Origin: Ptychomitrium polyphyllum
Taxonomy: Eukaryota
Reading direction: 5' to 3'
DNA: 64,000 nt
Assembly (NCBI GenBank): GCA_973851085.1
Contig: OZ316776.1
Span: 15,872,001 to 15,936,000 of the forward strand
The notes under the pieces: generated by a model
What the model was told of the DNA's origin: nothing
Database searches by the model: none
What the model saw: only the letters and a program-made list of their open reading frames with translations
Shown here: positions 53,612-64,000 of the stretch, one piece after another
How the letters are laid out: the number at the start of each line of letters is the position of its first letter
How positions within the stretch are numbered: the first letter of the stretch is position 1
Translations under genes and position numbers: made by a program

Positions 53612-54825
53612 TTACTTCCTTCCACGAGGGCCCATGATAGGAACTTGCTTGGGACCGTTCTTGATGGCCAAAAAGTCTCCAGAGGATGTAGAGCCAAGAT
53701 ATCCGATGGTGGTGGCACCGCCCAACACCAAAAACTTCAGCAGAAGGCCCCTCTTGGTGAAAGCTCCAGCGAATGTTTCAAAGAACTTGTTCTGAAATAG
53801 GACACAGAATACATAAACATAATCAAACATAAAATTTAATCGAAGGATCAACAGTTCTCTACAATTAAAATAAGCTCATTCGATGCCAGGTTCATTTAAA
53901 TAAAAATGCTTGCCCTTAAAAGTGGAGGTACAACAAAATTTCCAACCTTCAAAATTCAGCAACAGCACCAATTACGCAGGAATCTGTTCTGTCATCTGCT
54001 GACATGCGAACTACACTTTGCATTGCGCCAGAAAAAGATAGATATCAAAGGATTGTTGTCATCTACACCAACAATTACCTGGAAGCCATTATATCGGCTG
54101 GGGTCGTCGTTGCCATACAAGTCCCAGTTGCCAGTGGTGTTGTCGATCTCACCCAAGTCGAAGTACACGCTCTGCTCACCGTACTTGGCGTTCACGACTC
54201 CAACTCTGCACACGAAGGCACGCCTTGTTCAGGTATCCTTTACTTGGAACATGTTCTTCCCGAACAATCACAGAACCTTCAGTGCGTATCTAGGTAAGCC
54301 TAAGACCTAAATCCCAAAAACTGCATCATAGGATACTAGACATATCATATCATCCACTGACACTGCAAATATCCAAACACGTTGACCAACTTTCCGCAGA
54401 TTATGTTTCAAAACCACTATCTAGTTCAACTAGAATGTGATTTTCATCCCGGTGCACGTGAAGTATGACCTGTAGCCATCAGGACGAAACTGCCACTCCT
54501 CACCTGACAATCCTGCCAAATCACCAGGCTTCACCTAAACTCTCAAAACGCCAGACACAACAAACCTCACTCTAGGAAGTAACAACCCCCGTAGGTCAAA
54601 AAAACCCACACAAAACGCTGCTACTCCAAGATCTCCACCCTAAACGACTCATCGAAACACCCCACTCCGACAGGCATTCCACCCTAGTACTACCCACGTC
54701 GACGAAACAGACCTGGAGGGAGACCGCACGGAAACGCTCCTAGCGGGGGCAGTGGCCAACTTCTTCCCGGCCAAGCTGCTGCCGGCCAAGCCGGACACTG
54801 CCATGGTTGCCGATGCAGCTGCCAT
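53612..54825 (-). CDS. PsaH: Photosystem I subunit VI (PSI-H), chloroplast precursor, 3 exons, 139 aa
   Basis: Exons 54825-54713, 54205-54079, 53791-53612 total 420 nt. Motifs [55 protein letters not shown]; Ala/Ser-rich transit peptide. Confidence 0.96.
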
Positions 54826-54963
54826 TGCGATCGAAGCGGGGTGGAACCTAGAGTAGAGTGAGCTTAGAACTGGGCTACAACGGCGTCGCGCTCAGAATGC
54901 AGGCCAGCGGCGCTGTGTGCATGTCAAGTGCACGCGAGAGGGCAAGGCACGCTCTCGGGGGAA

Positions 54964-54970
54964 GATAAGG
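54964..54970. promoter_or_regulatory. I-box-like GATAAGG element upstream of PsaH
   Basis: GATAAGG lies ~140 bp upstream of the PsaH ATG, with CCAAT motifs nearby. The motif is typical of light-regulated photosynthesis genes but is short. Confidence 0.35.
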
Positions 54971-56245
54971 AGGGTGCCGCGTGGCGGGTGGGGAGTGGGC
55001 GGCGTGGGGTCGCGGCCAATGGGGTGATATTAGCTCGGATAGGAGATCCGGTGACCGGGATCGCCGGTCGCCTCGCCAGCTTTCGGGCTCCACCAATCGG
55101 GTGGCCCGGTTGCGTTTCATTTGATTTGTGTGGATCATAGACTTGGCACCTGTTGCAGTATGACTTTCTTTTTTATTCGATTATATTTGATTTTGAGGGA
55201 AAAACATTTGGAACCAATGAATTACACTTTGTAAACAGCACACGTAAACATTTTGTGTTATTTTTCGTTAAAATAATTTGATTTCTACTTTTTCAGGTCC
55301 CTTCCTTTTTCTGTTTCTCTATCTTATTTTTGTTTAGTGATTATTGAAGCAAATGCAATTTGTTCCATTGTGAAAAACTGTTTACTTCCTAGAAATGTGA
55401 ATTAAGACTTTTATGTGATTTTTAAATTTTCTTTTATGTGATTTCAAAAAAAAGTTTACTTTATTGTGTGAATTTGGGAAGTTTAGCTTAATGTCACATT
55501 GTTCAAATTTGGATAATAGTTAAAAATGCATATTGTGGAAAATTTCATTGAAACTTTAATGTATCCAATGGTGTCAATCAATTTTTGGTAATATTTTCAT
55601 AAAGAGTTTAATTGGGCATTTTTATAAAATTAGCTTTAAAATTAGAATTTTGAGCCAACACTAATTAAAAAATATGCAATGAATTAAAAACTTTCATACA
55701 ATTCTTTATGAACTTGATTCTTTAAATTCCTAAATTTGATGCAAAATTGAATTTATTTCAAAAAAATTATTGATATAATATTATATAAATAATTTCTAAC
55801 TCAAATATTTATATAAATATCACCATATTGTTTTTATGTATAAATGTAACTTGTGAATTAAACTAATGATAAAAGATCTAAAATAATAAATTTAGCATAT
55901 TATATATTTTCCAAAATGACTTATTTTGATTTAATTTAAAAAGCGTTTTTATGTTCATTAGATTTATGATAGCCATATATTAAAATACATTTAAATTTTG
56001 TGAAATTTTTCTAATCTTTTGGAATTAATTACTTATTTAATTAACTGAAATTAAATAATGAAACGTAATAATTATACTAATGACAAAGCCTTTGATAAAT
56101 TAAACTTATAATACACACCATGTCAATTAATTATAATAAAATTGATTATACTTTAAAATTTGTGAAAAATTTTAATCATAAATGCTAGTAATGATTGGAA
56201 CCTTTAAAAAAATACAATATTTAAGAATATTATAAATTGGAGTTG

Positions 56246-56249
<4 letters not shown>

Positions 56250-56288
<39 letters not shown>
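56250..56288. repeat. (TA)n microsatellite
   Basis: Run of tatata with one g interruption. Confidence 0.9.
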
Positions 56289-58215
56289 TTTCATTCTAAA
56301 TAAATGAAACTTTTACAATGAAATGCAGTAAATTAAAGCATCTAATATTAAAAAAATAATAAACTTCTAAAAACTTTATAATTTGATAATAATATAGAAG
56401 GTTATATTAAATATTTCAAACTTTAATAAAATTGACAAACAAATAAAATAAGTATTTAATTATTTTTCAAAATAAATTAATTTATAATATTGGATGTATT
56501 TTCAAATGGTAATAAAACTTGGTAGAAGTTACAAAAAGAATAAAATTAATTAAGATCACATTTGATTTTATTAAAATGGACAAACTTTTTCTGTAAAAAA
56601 TTTCTTGTATCATTCATTGAAAATTAAGAAAAATAATTTATTTCAAAAAAATTATTATAATTTCACATTGTAAATATATCTGTTTCATTTGAAACCGATC
56701 ACTTTATTACAGTCTTAAAAAAATCCTATAAACTAAATGATTACTTATAATTATTTACAATATTTATATTTTTTTTTAATAATATAAAATTTAAATTAAA
56801 AACATGAAGTAATGACAAAAATAAATAAACTAGCATAAGTACAATAAATAAAATTTTACAAGTTGGAAGGAATCCAAGAAGTATTTATAGATTTAGGTAC
56901 AAATTTTTGTAAAGTAGTAATAGGTAGGTGCAAAGAATTGATGGGCAGTATTAAAAACACTAACAATCCTTGAAATCGTTGAAAACGTGCTTGCAAGCAG
57001 GAGGTCAATTTTGGTGTAGAAAAGTTCTTAATAAAATCCAAATATTTTATTTTATATTGAAAAAAGAAGAATTTTTATTTTATTTTCCATTATCCTATCT
57101 ATGCTTAAGCCTTGTGTTTTTAATAAACATTCTTATTTTTATTTCTACTACTTACTAAGAAAATGTCTTTTTGAAACTATGTCATTATAAATCTCCGCCC
57201 CATGCTTTCATTTGCTAAATCATTGAGGTTGGAGTAATTTAAGTTGGAATAGAAAACATAAACTTGATACGTTGTTGATTTTTATAGACTTGTTCCATAG
57301 AATTTTTTATGCATAATAGGCCAATTAATCAACACATTTATTATTAATATGTTTAATTCCTTTTACCTATCTAATCTATTTCAAATCAAATATTTTATTC
57401 TATAATATTATGTATTTCAAATTTCTACATATTTAAACTTCATGATTTTAAATCCTGATTTGCATAAATTCATGCAATTACAATCTTTAATGATTCAAAA
57501 ATCACATAGTAATTAATTAAACATTAAAAAAGAACCCATTCGTTCTTTCTTTAACATGAACTTAAACAACATTTTGACATTATTAATTCAAAATTTTCTC
57601 TTGAAACATGAAGTGATTTTATTATTATACGAACTGAAGTTCATATCCTCAAAATCTTTTAAAATCAGTTTATGAGTATTTTTCTTCTTAATATATTTAA
57701 AAATCATTAATCTTAATACAAATAGTACTTGGACACCAAACCTCAAGAAACAACTTTACAGTGGCCATTCCATTCATGTGGCATGAGTGACTTTTGATGT
57801 ATGCAATCCTAATTTGCCATATTTCACACTAACTAATTTTTTAAGTTTGAAGGAGTTCATTGGGTGGAGAAGGTAGATCAACGTGTGATAAAAGATAATA
57901 CAGGGTATAGTTTAATCACAAAACAGTTGTAACTTGTAACTTATAAAACTCTCAAACAGCAGCCAATATGAACGCCTCTAATGGGCACTATTGATTCTAT
58001 AACTATGACATTACTTCATTGATTCTTTAACAATAACATTCCATTACTTGAGCAGCCACAATGGATCAATCTAAGCAAACAATCAGACACCCCTTATCAA
58101 ATAAGTTACAATTTGAGGACTACAACTCTCAAACGTTAGTATGAGGCTGATTATTATTCTAAGGAACTGGTTGGTAAACAGATTATCTTGGAAATATAGC
58201 TGACTTTTACTGAAA

Positions 58216-59880
58216 TCAACCTTGGGATTCTGCAGCTATATCTGGCGCCTTCTTGTTGATCAATTCATAGATAGTTGTATGCACCTCATTGAACACTGGG
58301 TTTGTTGCAGCCTCCACTAGGTTTAGCCATTTTGTGACCCTGTTCCTGGAGGCAAAGAGTTTTGACAATTGAGGGCCATCCAAGAGCTGCAAAAACAAAG
58401 AATGCAATGTTTCTATCAATTGTTGTGTATGGTAAACATCAGTTTGGTACACTACATAACTATGGCTAGCCCTACTTACAAGCTAAACCTGAACCCTTCA
58501 ACTTGGGATCCTTTCTTTGAATATTCTAGATGTTTCCTTCTTCAATAGGTCCATTTCCCTCCTACATGCATACAAGGCATGGCTATGCATATTACACAGA
58601 CAATTACCATATCTCTCCACAATAGCAAGGCAAAGGCCATGGCCTAAGCATGGAGTATGCTCCACCTTAATGTGAGAATATCTTGATTTTTTTTGTGAAC
58701 TTGCTAGTACATACCTTGAGTTGACTCAACTCACAAGCAAGGATGACATCTGCAATTGAAATCTCATCTGCGCCACACAAGAACGGACCATCTTTACACC
58801 AAAAAGTTTCCAGTATGTCGAGTGCTTTCACTAGAACGCTCTTGGAATCCTCTATAACCTTCAAGTTAAATGGTCGACCAAAGGCAGGTGCCACAACCTG
58901 GTTATATACCCATAAGTCTGCCACATCCAACCCCAGCAACGTCACCACAATGCAGATATGGTCACTTGTACTTCAACCCCAATTCCTTTAGTTAATTAAT
59001 GCAAATTTAATCAAAGATGAGAAGTGCTTAAAAAGGTGTTAGTAACCCCTTGCCTGCACCATGACGAGTGTTTGAATGATGCCAGTCCAAGACGTTGTCC
59101 ACCAGTGCACGCCGTTTCACATCCTTCGGGTACCTGAAATTCCATCTCACATTCTAATCACAACAAGAACCAGAGCTCATGTCGTCTATCACCAAACCTA
59201 AGTTTCCAGCATTGAAAAGAGAGGGGTGTGAGGACCTGTGACTCCTTACCAATGATCGGGAACTCCGCGCGAAGCAGCCAAATACTTGAGGATGGCAGCG
59301 CTGCAATCCAGAACCAAAACCTCAAAGTTGAGCTCCTAGGAACAGGAGATATTACCGGAAAAAGAAAACGAAAGGAAGTAACATAGCAATGTTTAGGTAT
59401 ACAATCTAATGCTCACCTCTCGAAGAGTGTAAAGCCGTCATCGTTAATTGCAGGAACCTGTTGCGTCGGATTGATCTCTGCAAGGCAAAAGCAGTGACAG
59501 AGCTCTCAGCCTCAAACGACCCCAAAGATAGATTCCAAAGCAGCCACTAGAAAGTACTAAAATACTTTAGTTTCTCGGTTAGAATGCCTGGACGTACTCA
59601 GAAACTCTGGTTTCAGATTCTCGTCCTTGGAGAGGTTCACGTAAATCTCCTCGGCATCGAGGTTGTTGATCCTGCACAAGAAAGTTGCACTCTTCATGTC
59701 AGTCATCAACTGAATCTGTCAAAGGAAGCACCAGAGGTGATACTCCTGACGTTCCATTTACCACCTGAAATGATGCAACAAGATGACAGGTGACCCCACC
59801 CACCGGCAGAAGAGGACCACGGCTCGCGCTGGCTGCGAGTGGGGATCCCAGAACACCTGCACCTTACCGGACTGCGCCAT
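58216..59880 (-). CDS. GSTT: Theta-class glutathione S-transferase, 7 exons, 238 aa
   Basis: Exons 59880-59804, 59671-59598, 59477-59417, 59300-59250, 59133-59054, 58917-58715, 58386-58216 total 717 nt. Motifs WDPHSQPARAV (catalytic Ser), INPTQQVPAI, LFESAAILKYL, DHWYP, LDWHHSN, ISIAD. Confidence 0.92.
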
Positions 59881-60015
59881 GACTGCTCCACAGACAGCGA
59901 CCCAAATTCACCACTACGCTTCACATCTGAGTCTCACAAGCAAAGTCACGCGTGGATTTTTGGAACAATAAAACCACGAGCAGCAGAATCTTCTGACCAC
60001 CGACTCTGTTCGTCA

Positions 60016-60114
60016 ATCAATGTTCACGGGGCTTTTATCATCTCCATACCGGGTATCAATGTTCACCGGGCTTTTATCATCTCCATACCGGGTATCAATG
60101 TTCACAGGGCTTTT
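60016..60114. repeat. 39-bp tandem repeat x2.5 upstream of GSTT
   Basis: Unit atcaatgttcac(g/c/a)gggcttttatcatctccataccgggt. Confidence 0.95.
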
Positions 60115-62899
60115 CGTATTCCTGAGTGATACAATAGTTTATAATGTGTAAGGTAGATTCCCAATACCCACCGTTGTAAGCAGTTTAGCACAGGTGGAGG
60201 TCCAAGTTTGAAATGGAGCAACTTTTGCAGTGGTCTTCATGTTAGAAATTGTTCTACTTTACTTTAATGAAAGTATCATTCTTAGGTTTGTTATGAAATT
60301 TAACAAACTCTTGAAGTTGAAAGTTGTAGAATCCTAAATATGACCCTAGTTGCACCTAAAATCATGCAAGAAGATACGAGAGATTGTGAAAATCTATCCT
60401 ATATCAATCATAATCTTTTATAATGACCAATTTAAATACATTATTTTTAAGGAATTATTCAATTATTCAAAATAAAATTCTATTGTAAAAAGCTTATTCT
60501 ACTAAAGATTGAAGGAGTTTGAGCACTAAGTTACTAAATTATAATATTTTCTTTATGCACTCTTTGTTACATGTGTTTATTATTATTAATTGTTGATTTC
60601 CCATTCTTTAAGGTGAAGGTTAGTTGCTTCAATAAGTAAAGAATGTTATATATTATTGCCATTACTATAAGAGCCACTATTCATATAGAATTTTATACAA
60701 GTCCTTACATTAATTCTAATGGAGCTTTTTTAAATTAATGTGAAAATATGATGTACAATATTCAATAATAATATATTATTAAATTAACAATATATAGTTG
60801 ATAATTATTTAAATAATTGTAATACATTTAGATTTTTTTTTTGTTTATACTAATTAAGATACCAAAATATCAATGCAAATTATACTAAATTTGTACTATC
60901 ACAACTATTATGGAAAACTTCAATTATTATAATTCACATATTGTTTTAATTTTGTAAGTACTATGAAATTTTCTTATTATTTTGATTTACAATATTGGAA
61001 ATTTTTGATATACTTTAATCAATTATATTGAGATGGTTTATAGAAATAAACACCACTTATGAGGCCAAAAAAAGATTATTTTTGTTAAATTTAGCAAAAA
61101 TGCTAGATAACTTATAAATTAGCTATATTTTTTATAGAAAAAGAAATAACAAGTAGCTTCATTTTATTCATGTGGAGTTGAAGGAATTAGTCTAATTTCA
61201 GATATAATCAATAAAAATAAAAATAAAAATCTATGTAGATGGTATAAGGTTGCAATAATAAATATTAAATGCTTGTTTAATGTAAAACATCTCATTGTGG
61301 TTAATTGTCTTATAAGAAAATTTTACCAAAAAAATTCAAACTTTTCAAAAGTTTTAATTGCTTTTGGAAACAAAAACTCAAGTTAATTAAAAGAGTGTTA
61401 AAAAACATTATGTTTGAAGGACAAAAAATAAGCGGCACAATGTGTGGTTAGGTTGTAAATGCAACCAAATACCTTTCTATTACTAAAAATAATCTTTAAA
61501 TGTAAAATTACAAATTTATTTTTCATTTCATTAATTAACTTACTCTTTAATGAAATAAAGTCCAAAATTTTACAAGAATTTATTCCAAAGTACAACCATG
61601 AAGCAAGCTTCAATTGAAGAAATCTAACCCTTTTAACCTACATTATATATTTCAAGATTCCAAATTTCACAAAAGATCCTTGAATTCAAATTTATTAAAA
61701 TAAAACCAATTTAATAGGAATAGTTCTCATAGTTTGCAACTTAGATAAAATCACGCTTTCAATTAAATACTAGAAAAATAATTTATGACATTTAGAGCCT
61801 ACTTTTATAAATCTCCTTTCTTCAAATAAAATTTCAAATTTTATACTATAATTGTATAAAGAATTTTGAAGAATATCTTAGAATTATACAATGTAATAAA
61901 TAATTGAGATTCTGAATATGCTAGAAATGAATTTTATTGAATGTGAACCTTTTTAATAAATTTTGGACTTCCAAATAAATGGAGATGTGATCTTGTCCTA
62001 ATGGAGTTAGAATCTCATATTTTGAGCAACAAAACTAATCTAAATATTTATTTTAAAGTGAAACAATGATGTTTGAATATGCACCTCAAACAATTTACCA
62101 ATGCCAAGTCAATTTTGTACTCTACAACCACTTAGATGAAATTGGAAGATTTTGAACTTGAATCATTTATACAAAATACAATCTCATCCAAATAGCTCTC
62201 ATTCTCACCAATCTCTCAAAATAAATTAGAACTCTTTTTTTCTTTTTTGGGTAAAAAAACATGACACTAAAGAAATTTCATGAAGGACATATACACCATT
62301 TATTTCTAGGATTATTATACGTTGTGGATACATAGAATATGTTGTAAATTGAGGTGTGATGTATGACTTTGCTCTCAAACTTCAATACTTGTAGAAGCTT
62401 AACCATAGATAGGAATTTTAAAACTCACAAGTAAAGCCTTTGAAGATTAAAGCAATAATAGTGAAGTCACAACCTTATAGGAACTTGTGTTTGTCAAAAA
62501 AGGTTCTAGAATGTCATGCCCATAATATCCTTGTCACAGTCCAATGCAGAGAATTTGAAACTCAATAGCAAAGTTGCATCTAAGATGCTTACCATTACAG
62601 CCTGCAGGTGGATTTGGCTTCATTGCAAAGCAAGCCTGCACCGTTCAAGGCTCTGAGATTGTAAGAACCTGTACAAGCACATCACTTACCTGATATCATC
62701 AACATGATCTGTAGCTTTCAACACTATCTAATGATTTCTAAATGTTGCCTGCAGCAGCATTGTTGATGTTAGTAGTTAACTGCCATTCATTCTGCCACTT
62801 AGTCTGCTAGCTTTAATGACCCAGCTCATAGAAAAACGAAATTTTGCACCGCAAACAATTCTTGGTGTGGCAACTCATCTAATGTTCATGTTTGTTATA

Positions 62900-63420
62900 T
62901 TTGTTATATTGAGAGAGAATGCACGTTTTGAGATTCCCGTTTTTAATCTTTGGGGGTTTAAAATGTCACAAATTAAGACACTAAAATGTATCCATTTACT
63001 GAATATGATGTTCTAAGTTAATCTTTGAGGTGTGAGTAATGGTCTCTACATTTGGCTTCAATATGCTTCAGTCCGTTGTTAAATGATCTGGATCTATATT
63101 CTCAATAATTCAAGATTGGTCAGACTGCAAGAAGCTTTTTGCAATGTATCTTACATTGAAATGCCCATATTTCCATCAAACTCAAGTATGATTTTCAACC
63201 ATGAATGAAGTTCATGTAAAATTCAAATGTGTCCAATATTTCGCTATTGATGTAGATTATTCAGATTTAAAAACTGTGATTTTTTAGGAAGGTATTGACT
63301 TCACCTCCTATAAAGAACTGATATCGATTGTTCATTGGATTATCATTTGGACTATTTGTGACACAAAATGGAAAATCTCATGTTAATTGTGGTGAACATT
63401 GTTTATACCAATGCTGCCCA
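62900..63420 (+). mobile_element. Possible highly decayed Ty1/copia RT fragment
   Basis: EGIDF...WKI-like translation at ~63289-63380 and WGFK at ~62951 loosely resemble the copia RT motifs KWVFK / EGIDY / WKI. Confidence 0.25.
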
Positions 63421-64000
63421 AGGACAATATTTGCATTTGAATCTTACACCTTGTATAGTAGAAAAGTTCTGAAAAGGATTAACCTTAGAGTTGCTGCCCG
63501 GGAGACAAATAGTGTGAACTTTGAAGTACTTATAGTTGAAACCTTGCATTAAAGCGGATTCTGAGCAATTCATCTTCACAATTCTGCATTCGAGTCTGCA
63601 AGCGAATAGGACGGAGAGGAGCTCAAGTTACAAAATTGTCTAGTTCTCCGTAAGTTGCTAGTAGTCCTTGCACAGAGTTTTAGAGTTATCCAGCTCCGCG
63701 TAGCTAACTGTGCGCATTACTGTGATGCTGTGTCTCAACTGCAGATGTTCTGCAGATTGGTGGTTGTGTGCATTCAGTTTTAATACTACTGTAATTATTA
63801 TTGTAGGGTGAAGCTTGCATACTGCACATTGCAGCGGCTGGCGCCAATCTTCAAGGTGGGTTAAGTGGATTACTGCATTTTACTTTATCATAACAGTGGA
63901 GTCTATGTGTTCACAGACAACCTGTAGATAGGTCCATGTTTGACAGTTTCTCTCAAGTTTCACCAAAGAACGTTGAGAATCTTCGATTGGCACCTCGTTC

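Noticed and set aside
63450..63530. ABC-transporter-like peptide KVLKRINLRVAARET
   Set aside because: No Walker A motif or exon context follows; probably chance.

Overview
Land-plant nuclear DNA, most likely from a moss (inferred from the gene content, spliceosomal introns and AT-rich decayed LTR-retrotransposon tracts). The main structure is a ~17 kb gapped palindrome. Its two apparently identical ~4.73 kb arms (5300-10031 and 17750-22486, mirror coordinates summing to 27786) each carry a complete 7-exon cobalamin-independent methionine synthase (METE) gene in head-to-head orientation, separated by a 7.7 kb spacer. The arms, introns included, are far more GC-rich than the rest of the window. 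Downstream on the minus strand are two lipoxygenase paralogs with atypical active-site residues. One is intact with 10 exons. The other has 7 exons and a frameshift in exon 2. Further on are a DUF985/cupin pseudogene fragment, PsaH, and a theta-class GST with a probable GC-AG intron. Intergenic DNA holds decayed Ty3/gypsy remnants, an unidentified decayed ORF with internal repeats, and small tandem repeats. Exon boundaries were derived by hand from the sequence; no database searches were run.
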